A stretch of DNA of 61,953 nucleotides, from IMG/VR virus record IMGVR_UViG_3300045988_087611. The stretch is one strand, 5' to 3'. This document shows positions 46,383-54,616 of this stretch, in pieces. The DNA is from a virus. Each line of letters opens with the position of its first letter. Within the stretch, counting starts at the first letter, position 1. Position numbers and translations under genes: made by a program. The notes under the pieces were generated by a model, which was given only the letters and a program-made list of their open reading frames with translations, was not told where the DNA came from and did no database searches.

Positions 46383-48794
46383 ATGGATATGGCAGATACG
46401 AATTATCCCATCCCGGAGCAGCCGGTCTACAATCCCAATATCCGCGCCCTTCAGGACAGCGACCCGGCCCGGGCATCCACAGTGTTTAATCCGCTTTTTG
46501 AGCGTCTTATCGAAAACACTCATGCGGTAAAAAAGGCCGCAGACGCTGCACAGGCAGCCGCAGAGGCGGCCGGGGAAAGCGCCAGGGGCGCTATCCCTGC
46601 TGCACAGAAAGGGGCCCCTGGCGGGCTTGCGGAGCTGGACGGGAGCGGGCATGTACCTTCTTCCCAGCTCCCAAGCTATGTGGACGATGTGGTGGATGGT
46701 TATTACCATGAAGGGGCCTTCTATTCAGACCTGGAACATGAGCATCAGATTTCTCCGGAGACCGGAAAAATCTATGTGGATGTGCAGAGTAATATCACCT
46801 ACCGGTGGAGCGGCTCTGTCTATGTGGCTATCGGCTCCGACCTGGCCCTGGGCGAAACATCCAGCACCGCCTATCGAGGCGACCGAGGTAAAGCAGCCTA
46901 TGACCACAGCCAGATCAAGACGGGCAATCCTCATGGCACCAAGGCTGCTGACATCCACTACACAGACAACAAGGATCTGGGTTCGACCAATCTTCAGGGG
47001 GCCATAGATGCGGCCGCACAGAAGGCCATCGACGCGCAGACTTCTGCCGATGCGGCGCTGGAGGCGATTACGGCACTGGCCCATACCATTGATGCCATTC
47101 CATCCCAGAGCGGCAGTCTCACCTATACAGGAAGCCCGCAGAGCCCGTCCTGGAACAGCTACAACCCGGAAACCCTTACCCTGGGCGGACAGACCTCCGG
47201 GACAAATGCCGGCGAGTATCAGGCCACGTTTACACCCAAGGAGGGGTACACCTGGGCCGGCGGCGGAAATGAAGCCAAGACTGTCACCTGGCGCATTGGC
47301 CGGGCCTCGATTGCGGCTGTTCCCACCCAGAGCGGAAGCCTGACTTTTACGGGGCTTTCGCAGAGCCCGTCCTGGAATGGCTATGATACCGGGAAACTCG
47401 CCATTGGCGGGGAGCAGAGCGCCATCAATGCTGGCAGTCACACCGCCACGTTCACCCCGACGGCCAACTATCAGTGGAACGACGGCGGAACGGGTGCCAA
47501 GGAGGCAGTTTGGAGTATCGGCAGAGCGACCATCAGCACAGTGCCCAGCCAGAGCGGGAGCCTGACCTACACGGGATCGGCCCAGACACCCAGCTGGAGC
47601 AACTACAACACGGCGCAGCTGACCATCGGCGGGGACACCAGCGGAACCAATGCCGGCAGCTATACAGCCACCTTCACCCCGACGAGCAATTATCAGTGGG
47701 ACAACGGCAGCACCGCCGCCAAGAGCGTGAGCTGGAGCATTGGGAAGGCCGCCGGAAGCCTGACGCTGAACCCGACGAGCATGACCCTCACCAACGCCAC
47801 TAAGACGGGCTCCATCACCGTCACAAGAGCCGGAGACGGGGCCATTACCGCGCAGTCCAACGCCACCGGCGTGGCCACCGTGAGCGTGAGCGGCAACACC
47901 GTCACCGTGACCGGCGTGGCCTACGGCACGGCCACCATCACCGTGAAGGTTGCGGCCGGCACCAACCACAACGCCCCCGCCGACAAGACGTGTACGGTGA
48001 AGGTGAACGTCTTCAGCACCACCCTGAACTCCAACACCTGGGCCGCCATCAAGGCCGCCAGCGACGCCGGAAACGCGGCCAGCGTGTGGAGCGTGGGAGA
48101 CACCAAGAATATCAAGATCAACGGCAAGGTGGGCAACTTCACCTTCAGCAATCTATCCATCGACGCCTTCATCGTGGGCTTTAACCACAATAGCGCCAAG
48201 GAGGGCAGCAACCGCATTCACTTTGCCCTTGGGAAGATCGGCGGGCATCTGGTGGCTCTCTGCGACAGCAGTTACAGCAACGAGCAGACCACCACCGGCT
48301 ACTTCAACATGAACACCAGCCGTACCAACGCAGGCGGGTGGAACGCTACCTATATGCGGAAGACTTTGCTGGGTAACAGCGGCACCCCCAGCAGCCCGCC
48401 GGCAAACTCCCTGCTGGCCGCCCTCCCGGCTGACCTCCGGGCGGTGATGAAGTCGGTGACCAAGTACACGGATAACACGGGCAACAGCAATTCTTCCGGG
48501 GCTGTGACTGCTACCACGGACTGGCTGTGGCTCTTTGCGGAGTTTGAGGTGCAGGGCAGCCGGAATTATGCTAACCAGTACGAGCAGAACAGCCAGAAGC
48601 AGTATGACTACTGGAAATCCGGAAACCCGAAGGTAGCGTACAAGCATTCGTCGACCGGCGCGGCCGTGTGGTGGTGGCGGCGCTCGCCTCTTTACAGCAA
48701 CAGCGCTCACTTCTGCTATACCCGCGCCGACGGCTCCAGCAGCTATGACTCTGCTTCCTGGTCGGCCGGCGTCGTGGCCGGCTTTGCTGCCTAA
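46383..48794 (+). CDS. Tail fibre; DGR target protein with a C-terminal variable region
   Basis: 803 aa. Three 74-aa tandem Ig-like repeats and a BIG2-like domain. The C-terminus contains the VR, homologous to the TR 1065 nt downstream. Confidence 0.85.
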   Translation: MDMADTNYPIPEQPVYNPNIRALQDSDPARASTVFNPLFERLIENTHAVKKAADAAQAAAEAAGESARGAIPAAQKGAPGGLAELDGSGHVPSSQLPSYVDDVVDGYYHEGAFYSDLEHEHQISPETGKIYVDVQSNITYRWSGSVYVAIGSDLALGETSSTAYRGDRGKAAYDHSQIKTGNPHGTKAADIHYTDNKDLGSTNLQGAIDAAAQKAIDAQTSADAALEAITALAHTIDAIPSQSGSLTYTGSPQSPSWNSYNPETLTLGGQTSGTNAGEYQATFTPKEGYTWAGGGNEAKTVTWRIGRASIAAVPTQSGSLTFTGLSQSPSWNGYDTGKLAIGGEQSAINAGSHTATFTPTANYQWNDGGTGAKEAVWSIGRATISTVPSQSGSLTYTGSAQTPSWSNYNTAQLTIGGDTSGTNAGSYTATFTPTSNYQWDNGSTAAKSVSWSIGKAAGSLTLNPTSMTLTNATKTGSITVTRAGDGAITAQSNATGVATVSVSGNTVTVTGVAYGTATITVKVAAGTNHNAPADKTCTVKVNVFSTTLNSNTWAAIKAASDAGNAASVWSVGDTKNIKINGKVGNFTFSNLSIDAFIVGFNHNSAKEGSNRIHFALGKIGGHLVALCDSSYSNEQTTTGYFNMNTSRTNAGGWNATYMRKTLLGNSGTPSSPPANSLLAALPADLRAVMKSVTKYTDNTGNSNSSGAVTATTDWLWLFAEFEVQGSRNYANQYEQNSQKQYDYWKSGNPKVAYKHSSTGAAVWWWRRSPLYSNSAHFCYTRADGSSSYDSASWSAGVVAGFAA
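47097..47762 (+). repeat. Three in-frame tandem 222-nt repeats inside the tail-fibre gene
   Basis: Units start at 47097, 47319 and 47541 ((I/V)P(S/T)QSGSLT(Y/F)TG...W(R/S)IG(R/K)A). Confidence 0.85.
48662..48785 (+). repeat. DGR variable region (VR)
   Basis: A 124-nt alignment to 49727-49850 has 18 mismatches. Every mismatch falls at a TR adenine. Confidence 0.9.
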
Positions 48795-48822
48795 TCCTCC
48801 GCAGAGCTATCCAGTCCCCATC

Positions 48823-48842
48823 CCGCCCCCGAAAGGGGGCGG
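48823..48842 (+). terminator. GC hairpin after the target gene
   Basis: CCGCCCCC-GAAA-GGGGGCGG. No U-tract follows. Confidence 0.4.
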
Positions 48843-48906
48843 TCCCCCGACAGGAGCACCAGCTCCGCGAAGGAAAACAGAATATAATCGGCGCGTAAGC
48901 GCCGAC

Positions 48907-48935
48907 GCGATTTTTTGAAAATCGCCTTTTTCTGT
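48907..48935 (+). terminator. Rho-independent terminator
   Basis: GCGATTTT-ttg-AAAATCGC followed by CTTTTTCTGTTTT. It is preceded by a second hairpin TCGGCGC-GTAA-GCGCCGA (48888-48905). Confidence 0.6.
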
Positions 48936-49024
48936 TTTGCTATCACTTACCTGTCTTTTGAGTGCATACAGACAGAGAAAAACGCCATAAAATAGCCCTA
49001 TGCCAATAAGTCTGGGGGTATTTC

Positions 49025-49207
49025 ATGGCTACCAACAAAAGGGTGTTCACGCTTCGGCTTTCCGATGAAGTATTTGATAAAATCGGAGCTCTGGCGACAA
49101 ATGAGCACCGCTCTATCACAAATTACATCGAATATGTCCTTATCCGGCATCTGGAGGAGGTGGAGAGAGAGCAAGGGCCCATCAAAATTGAAAAAATAGA
49201 GGAGTAG
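49025..49207 (+). CDS. Arc-type ribbon-helix-helix protein inside the DGR cassette
   Basis: KRVFTLRLSDEVFDKIGALATNEHRSITNYIEYVLIRHL is a strand-helix-helix. Confidence 0.6.
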   Translation: MATNKRVFTLRLSDEVFDKIGALATNEHRSITNYIEYVLIRHLEEVEREQGPIKIEKIEE

Positions 49208-49209
49208 CT

Positions 49210-49668
49210 ATGTCGGTACTCAAATCCAAGCGCAGCACGAGCAAGGCCGAGTTCGTCAATGTTGCCAGTCAAATCTATGATGAGACCATAGATTTCCTGT
49301 CCAGGCTCTCGGCCCGGTATTCCCGCCTAATGGCCGAGGCTATTGCCGATCTGGCCGGAGAGGTCGAAGACCATGCCGAAAAGGCCAACAGCATCTATCC
49401 CTCCGATGCCCAGCGGGTGGAGCTCCGCAAGGCGCATCTCCTGGAAGCGCGGGCCGCTCTCATGGCCCTAGATGTTCGCCTCAATAAGTGCTACCGCTTG
49501 ATGAACAAGAACCCCCAGGGGTGTTTCACGGACGCCAAGGGCAAGACCCTTCCGCCGGCGGAGGCCACGGCCAAGCTGGACAGGATGGCGGACAGCCTGG
49601 GCGAGCTGATCGACCGAGAGAACGAGCTGCTGAAGGGGCAGCTCAAAAGTATGAGCCAGAAGAAGTAG
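49210..49668 (+). CDS. avd: Accessory variability determinant (Avd)-like helical protein
   Basis: 152-aa basic, predicted all-helical protein immediately upstream of the TR, as in the BPP-1 layout. Assigned by position and composition only. Confidence 0.55.
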   Translation: MSVLKSKRSTSKAEFVNVASQIYDETIDFLSRLSARYSRLMAEAIADLAGEVEDHAEKANSIYPSDAQRVELRKAHLLEARAALMALDVRLNKCYRLMNKNPQGCFTDAKGKTLPPAEATAKLDRMADSLGELIDRENELLKGQLKSMSQKK

Positions 49669-49726
49669 CTTCTGGACAGATTGGGTGCATTTCTGAATAT
49701 CCCGCGTCCGGTGTTTCGGCCCTTCG

Positions 49727-49850
49727 GGCCGTGTGGTGGTGGCGGCGCTCGCCTAATTACAACAACAACGAAAACTTCTGCAATACCAACACCGACGGCT
49801 CCAACAACAATAACAATGCTTCCTGGTCGGCCGGCGTCGTGGCCGGATTT
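49727..49850 (+). ncRNA. DGR template repeat (TR)
   Basis: Adenine-rich copy of the VR. Read in the VR frame it gives PNYNNNENFCNTNTDGSNNNNNAS (AAY codons). It is non-coding. Confidence 0.9.
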
Positions 49851-50069
49851 TGCGTTGCGGGGTCACATGGAGTAGCGAGAGTGAAAGACGACCCACGCAA
49901 AAGGAGAAATGCTTCCCTGGGTGCAAATCCCTAAAACTGCCCTCTGATGCCCTTGCACGGACGCTGCTTGCATGGCGGGGCGATATGCCTATCCCCGTTT
50001 CATGTGCCGGGGCAAAGCAGATTAGACGGCATCCTACACCACATCTGTACGGAGGTGCGAATAACTATT
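49851..50069 (+). ncRNA. TR-RT spacer, likely structured part of the DGR RNA
   Basis: Bulged 9-bp stem across 49856-49899 and hairpin CGGGG-N12-CCCCG at ~49975-49996. No plausible ORF. Confidence 0.45.
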
Positions 50070-51245
50070 ATGACAAGCGAGCAGCGCCGAGAGGCGCGAT
50101 ACCAGCGAAGGAAAGCAAAGCGGCAGGCACGTCGGATCGCCCGGAGCGCGGCGGTCGGTGGTCTCCAGGATGTCTTTACCTACCGGAAGATGTTCTTCTA
50201 TGGGCTGAAATGCTGTAACGGGGTGCGCTGGAAGCAGAGCACCCAAAACTTTGAAAACCATCTGTTCTCCGGGACAGCCCGCCGGAGGCGGGAAATCCTG
50301 TCTGGAACATGGAAACCCATGAAGTGCAGCCATTTCACCCTGCGGGAACGTGGCAAGGTGCGGCCCATCGACGCCCCACATATCACAGACCGACAAATCC
50401 ACAAAGTTCTGTGCAACGAAGTTCTGATACCTCTCTATGGCCCCAGCATGATCTATGACAACGGGGCTTCTCAAAAGAAGAAGGGCCTGCATTGGGCCTA
50501 TGATCGCCTGGCGGAGCAGCTTCGGTGGCATTACCGAAGATTCGGCCGGGCCGGTGGAGTGTTCCTCCTAGACCTGAAGGGGTTTTTTCCAAATGCCCCG
50601 CACCCGGCGCTCTATGAACGGCATCGGCAATTCATCCTCGACCCTGGAGTTCGGGCCCTGGCAGACAAGATCATCGCCACCTCCCCGTGCCCTGTGCCTG
50701 GGCGTGGGATGCCTCTCGGCGTGGAACCGTCCCAGCAGGAAATGGTTGCGCTCCCCAGCAGCATTGACAACTGGATCAAGTGCCAGGCCGGCGTCCATGT
50801 GGCCGGCCATTACATGGATGATTACTATATCGTCCTGCCGGACATTGAGGAACTGAAGAAGCTGGCCCGGGAGGTTGTGCGCCGGTTTGAGGCTATGGGC
50901 ATTCGGGTAAACAAGAAGAAATGCAAGATTATCCCGCTCACCAAGCCCTTCCGTTTCTGCAAGGTGCGCTACACCATGACGGAGAGCGGTCACATCAAGA
51001 AAAATGGTTGCCGGGACGGCATCAAGCGGAGCCGACGGAAGCTCAAATTTTTCCAGAGAGAGGTTTCCGCCGGACGGCGCACACTGGCCGATGTCGCCGA
51101 GTTCATGCAATCCCAGCGATCCTATTACAACAACTTTGACGATCATGGGCGGCTGCTCCGCCTGGAGCGGCTGTCCTACGCCATTTTTGGAGGTGCTTTA
51201 TGTTCAAAATCATCAAAGCCAGCAGCGGGGAAAGCCTCGGAATGA
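50070..51245 (+). CDS. DGR reverse transcriptase
   Basis: ATG at 50070 inside ORF 49947..51245. Motifs LGVEPSQ ((I/L)GxxxSQ, the DGR hallmark) and HYMDDYYIV (YxDD). Confidence 0.9.
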   Translation: MTSEQRREARYQRRKAKRQARRIARSAAVGGLQDVFTYRKMFFYGLKCCNGVRWKQSTQNFENHLFSGTARRRREILSGTWKPMKCSHFTLRERGKVRPIDAPHITDRQIHKVLCNEVLIPLYGPSMIYDNGASQKKKGLHWAYDRLAEQLRWHYRRFGRAGGVFLLDLKGFFPNAPHPALYERHRQFILDPGVRALADKIIATSPCPVPGRGMPLGVEPSQQEMVALPSSIDNWIKCQAGVHVAGHYMDDYYIVLPDIEELKKLAREVVRRFEAMGIRVNKKKCKIIPLTKPFRFCKVRYTMTESGHIKKNGCRDGIKRSRRKLKFFQREVSAGRRTLADVAEFMQSQRSYYNNFDDHGRLLRLERLSYAIFGGALCSKSSKPAAGKASE

Positions 51246-51889
51246 CCGAGGCCCCAACCTATATCAAAAAAGCAGACAACGGCTGCTACAACCTGTGCCC
51301 GGAGCCTTCGGAGGCTCCGGGCATTGTTTATGGCGGCGTGGTGTACCATCTGCTCGGTCGGCCGGAGTTGGATGGAGCGGAGGACACCGTGGCCTTGGAG
51401 GAAACGGACGCCGGCGTAGAGCTGGCCGAGGCCAAGGACGCCACAGCCCGCTCCGCCAAAATGGCCGGTCAGATGCAAGTGGCCGCGAAGCTGTATGTGC
51501 AGGCATCCACCAGCATCACAGATGCCCAGGCCCTGGAGATGCCAGACCTATTCCTCACCTGGGCCGAAGTGCTGGCCGTCGGCACCCAGCTTTCCAAGGA
51601 CACCATCATCAACGACGGAAACCAGCTCTACCGGGTGGTGCAGCCGGTGACGCCACAGGAACACCAGGCACCCCACGACGAGGGGATGCTGGCAATCTAC
51701 CGACCTATTGATACCGCCCACGCCGGCACAAAAGAAGATCCCATTCCCTTCGTCTACGGGATGGATACGGAGCAGGGCAAGTATTACAGCTCCGGCGGCA
51801 AGACCTACCTCTGCAACCTCACCATGACCCCCTGTGTGTGGCCTCCGGAAACTCCGGGCCTGTGGCAGTGGTCGGAGGTGACGGAATAA
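51200..51889 (+). CDS. Tail-fibre-associated protein with a possible CBM5/12-like C-terminus
   Basis: 229 aa. Overlaps the RT 3' end by 46 nt. C-terminus GKYYSSGGKTYLCNLTMTPCVWPPETPGLWQW. Confidence 0.4.
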   Translation: MFKIIKASSGESLGMTEAPTYIKKADNGCYNLCPEPSEAPGIVYGGVVYHLLGRPELDGAEDTVALEETDAGVELAEAKDATARSAKMAGQMQVAAKLYVQASTSITDAQALEMPDLFLTWAEVLAVGTQLSKDTIINDGNQLYRVVQPVTPQEHQAPHDEGMLAIYRPIDTAHAGTKEDPIPFVYGMDTEQGKYYSSGGKTYLCNLTMTPCVWPPETPGLWQWSEVTE

Positions 51890-52293
51890 TGGGCCGATAT
51901 GTCACCCGGAAGCGGGCCCGCTTCAAGTCTATCCTGGGCATCGACGTAAATATCCCGTGGGGGGCCGTCCTGGAGGAGCAGGACGGCCTTCTCTTTTTCC
52001 AGGGTGCCCCGGTATGCACCACGACCAGCCAGGATGCCTACGACTTCTTCAGCCAGGACAACGACAGCCAGGGTGAGGTGCGGGGACGCTTGGTCGGTTC
52101 CATCATGGCCCGCCTAGAGCGGCGGGACGCCAACTACCAAGCACGCTGGAACAAGGTGTGGGGTGATGCTCTATGCCAGCAGTACCGCCGGCCGGAGCAT
52201 GAGGATTGGTGGCTTTGGGGGTTCAAATTCTACAATGCCCCCATCTGCGATCTTCAGCACATCGCTGCGCTGGTCGGCGCTGGAAGGGGGTGA
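51889..52293 (+). CDS. Hypothetical protein
   Basis: ATG overlaps the upstream TAA (taATG). Inside ORF 51838..52293. Confidence 0.45.
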   Translation: MGRYVTRKRARFKSILGIDVNIPWGAVLEEQDGLLFFQGAPVCTTTSQDAYDFFSQDNDSQGEVRGRLVGSIMARLERRDANYQARWNKVWGDALCQQYRRPEHEDWWLWGFKFYNAPICDLQHIAALVGAGRG

Positions 52294-52298
52294 TTCCG

Positions 52299-52646
52299 AT
52301 GATTACAATTAACGTCGGCGACCTTGTGCTGGCCTTTATCGCTGCGCTGGGCATCCCCTCGACCATCATGGGGCTGCTGACGTGGCGGTTGAAGAAACGC
52401 ATCGAGGCAGCCGAAGAGGAACAGAGCCAGAAGAACAACGGCCAGAAGGAGCTAATTATGATCCTGGTGCAGAGCACCAGGGCCTCAATAGCTCTCGGAG
52501 AAGCCACAGCGAAGGCCGTCCAGCGTATTCCCGATGCCCACTGTAACGGGGATATGCATTCGGCCCTGGAGTATGCCACCAGCATCAAACACAAGCAGAA
52601 AGAATTTTTAGACCGGCAGGGCATTTCCGCCCTGCTCGATGACTGA
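52299..52646 (+). CDS. Membrane-anchored lysis-module protein
   Basis: N-terminal TM LVLAFIAALGIPSTIMGLLTW followed by a helical domain. Located upstream of the holin. Confidence 0.45.
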   Translation: MITINVGDLVLAFIAALGIPSTIMGLLTWRLKKRIEAAEEEQSQKNNGQKELIMILVQSTRASIALGEATAKAVQRIPDAHCNGDMHSALEYATSIKHKQKEFLDRQGISALLDD

Positions 52647-52660
52647 AAGGAGAATTTACC

Positions 52661-53014
52661 ATGACTTTTGACATCACCGCTATTATTGAGGCCATCCTTG
52701 CCCTTGCGGGCGCGGTCATTACCTGCGTCCTGATCCCTTACATCAAGAGCAAGACCACCACCGAGCAGCAGAAGGAGATCAACGCCTGGGTGAAGATCGC
52801 CGTCACTGCCGCCGAGCAGATCTACAAGGGCCAGGGCCGGGGCGAGGAGAAGAAGGAGTATGTACTCGCATGGCTCCGGGAGCACGGCGTCACCGTGGAT
52901 GACAAGAAGTTGGATGCCATGATTGAGGCCGCGGTATATGAACTCACCAACAACGGGCTGATTGCCATTGAGCAGGGCATCGCCGTGGAGGGGGATAGCC
53001 ATGACGCCGGTTGA
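52661..53014 (+). CDS. Holin (LL-H family-like)
   Basis: N-terminal TM IIEAILALAGAVITCVLIPYI, then ...KEYVLAWLREHG... It sits directly upstream of the endolysin. Confidence 0.7.
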   Translation: MTFDITAIIEAILALAGAVITCVLIPYIKSKTTTEQQKEINAWVKIAVTAAEQIYKGQGRGEEKKEYVLAWLREHGVTVDDKKLDAMIEAAVYELTNNGLIAIEQGIAVEGDSHDAG

Positions 53015-53816
53015 GAAACTTTTGGCAACCGCCCGGGCGGAGATCGGCTACATCGAGAAGAAGTCCAATGCCCAACTCGACGATAAGACGGCCAACGCCG
53101 GGGATAAGAACTGGAACAAGTATGCCCGGGACTTGGATGAACTGGGCCGGGTCTACAATGGCAAGAAGAACGGCTACAACTGGTGCGACATCTTCGCTGA
53201 CTGGTGTTTCATCCACACCTTCGGTTTTGAAGTAGGGATGAAACTGCTGTGCCAGGCGGAGAAGGGGGTGGGGGCCGGATGCACCGGCTCCGCCAACTAC
53301 TACAAGCAAATGGGCCAGTTCCACACCAAAAACCCCCAGCCCGGTGACCAGATTTTCTTCACCAACGACAGCGGCAAGACGATGTACCACACCGGAATTG
53401 TGGAGAAGGTGGCCGGAGGCCGGGTCTACACCATCGAGGGAAACACAAGTTCGCTCCCCGGCGTCGTAGAGAACGGCGGATGTGTCCGGGACAAGAGCTA
53501 TTCGCTCTCCTATGCCAAAATCGGCGGCTATGGCCGCCCTGACTTTTCTATCGTGGAGGATGATGACGACATGGATCAGACCAAGTTCAACGAGATGTTC
53601 AAGACGGCCATGGCTGCCCACCAGCGTGAGCTCATGGACAACGACTGCGGCGAGTGGAGCCGAGAGGCCCGGGAGTGGGCTATTAGCGTGGGCCTGTTTG
53701 CTGGCAACGGAACCACCGCCGACGGCCAGCCCAACTATATGTGGGCCAGTCCTCTGACCCGTGAGCAGGCGGCCCAGCTTTTCTATCGGTTTGCCCAGCA
53801 ACACGGGCTTGTCTGA
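53001..53816 (+). CDS. Endolysin with a CHAP/NlpC-P60-type amidase domain and a C-terminal wall-binding region
   Basis: YNWCDIFADWCF (catalytic Cys context) and MYHTGIVEKV (His). ATG at 53001. Confidence 0.75.
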   Translation: MTPVEKLLATARAEIGYIEKKSNAQLDDKTANAGDKNWNKYARDLDELGRVYNGKKNGYNWCDIFADWCFIHTFGFEVGMKLLCQAEKGVGAGCTGSANYYKQMGQFHTKNPQPGDQIFFTNDSGKTMYHTGIVEKVAGGRVYTIEGNTSSLPGVVENGGCVRDKSYSLSYAKIGGYGRPDFSIVEDDDDMDQTKFNEMFKTAMAAHQRELMDNDCGEWSREAREWAISVGLFAGNGTTADGQPNYMWASPLTREQAAQLFYRFAQQHGLV

Positions 53817-54178
53817 TGGAGTCCGGCAAGAGACTGGCCCCCCGGAAAGGCGGCTTCTCTGCTCTCCTGGAGCGCCTGGGCGTCACCAACTGCCTCGGTT
53901 TCTTGCTGGTGTTCCTGTTGCTTCTGGGCCTAGCCGGCGGTTTTATCCTGGCTGTGCTGAGCATCAAGTACCAGTACACCGGCGCCCTGGCTTGCTGGAC
54001 GGTGGTATTTACCCCAATCGGCACGGCCATCTCCATTGTGCTTGTGCGCATCGTGGATAAATCCAGAGCGGAGAATACTGGCGCAGACGGAGAAGGCATC
54101 AAATATGCGGCCGCCAAAGCCTCCAACTTTGTCCAGACCCAGGAGCCGGAAGGCTCAATCGACAGCCCGGCAATCTAA
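53816..54178 (+). CDS. Two-TM membrane protein (lysis accessory)
   Basis: CLGFLLVFLLLLGLAGGFILAVL and ACWTVVFTPIGTAISIVLV. ATGA-type coupling to the endolysin. Confidence 0.5.
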   Translation: MESGKRLAPRKGGFSALLERLGVTNCLGFLLVFLLLLGLAGGFILAVLSIKYQYTGALACWTVVFTPIGTAISIVLVRIVDKSRAENTGADGEGIKYAAAKASNFVQTQEPEGSIDSPAI

Positions 54179-54180
54179 AA

Positions 54181-54219
54181 AGGACGCCCCCGCCAGCCGA
54201 AAGCCAGCGAGGGCGTCCT
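54181..54219 (+). terminator. Hairpin after the lysis operon
   Basis: AGGACGCCC...GGGCGTCCT. No clear U-tract. Confidence 0.4.
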
Positions 54220-54224
54220 ACATG

Positions 54225-54253
54225 TTGACATTTTGAGGGAAAACCGCTATACT
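54225..54253 (+). promoter_or_regulatory. Sigma-70-type promoter of the antitoxin sRNA
   Basis: TTGACA (54225-30), 17-bp spacer, TATACT (54248-53). Confidence 0.65.
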
Positions 54254-54259
54254 AAAGAT

Positions 54260-54353
54260 AACGAGGGCGCCGCCGGTAGACGGTCAACCCCCTGTTAGGA
54301 CTTTGAAGTGATCGCCGTACTTGTCAGGGTGCCGGCGGTCACTTCTTTTTGTT
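54260..54353 (+). ncRNA. Candidate type I antitoxin sRNA (~90 nt), convergent with the toxin mRNA
   Basis: Bounded by the promoter above and the terminator GTGATCGCCG-N15-CGGCGGTCAC+TTCTTTTTGTT (54308-54353). It overlaps the toxin stop and 3' region. Confidence 0.55.
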
Positions 54354-54425
54354 GGCCATCAGAAAGAGGCCGATAATACCCACGACTAAAATGCCGGTCT
54401 GAATGAGATCGGAATAAGTAACCAT
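54339..54425 (-). CDS. 28-aa hydrophobic type I toxin (holin-like toxin, Hol-Tox-type)
   Basis: Not in the ORF track. MVTYSDLIQTGILVVGIIGLFLMANKKK. RBS AAAGGGGGG lies 8 nt upstream. Confidence 0.65.
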   Translation of the reverse strand: MVTYSDLIQTGILVVGIIGLFLMANKKK

Positions 54426-54519
54426 TGGGCAGCCCCCCTTTCACGAAGATCAGGGGACAAAGAAGCTGCCCCCCGTTATGGGGGCCGACCGCCTACCGTA
54501 TATCGGCAGCGCCACGGTC

Positions 54520-54548
54520 AGAATACCACGAATTCCCCCAAAAAGCAA
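54520..54548 (-). promoter_or_regulatory. Promoter of the toxin mRNA
   Basis: On the minus strand: TTGCTT (54548-43), 17-bp spacer, TATTCT (54525-20). This gives an ~87-nt 5' UTR in which CCCCT can pair with the SD AGGGG. Confidence 0.5.
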
Positions 54549-54574
54549 GGCTCGCTTTCTTGGACACTCTGAAC

Positions 54575-54616
54575 AAAGGCCACCGGATGATTTTGTGTAT
54601 CATTTCGGTGGCCTTT
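54575..54616. terminator. Long hairpin between the toxin promoter and the accessory operon promoter
   Basis: AAAGGCCACCG...CGGTGGCCTTT with inner ATGAT/ATCAT pairing. Confidence 0.5.

Noticed and set aside
49488-49934. 148-aa plus-strand ORF whose product ends like the tail-fibre C-terminus (AVWWWRRSPNYNNNENF...).
   Set aside because: It is the reading frame running through the non-coding DGR template repeat and overlapping the avd-like gene. Its resemblance to the fibre follows from TR/VR homology and does not indicate a second target gene.
50070-51245. The reverse transcriptase as a retron, group II intron or Abi-type defence RT.
   Set aside because: An adjacent TR/VR pair with adenine-only mismatches and the (I/L)GxxxSQ motif identify it as a DGR RT. 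No msr/msd-like inverted repeats or intron domains were seen.
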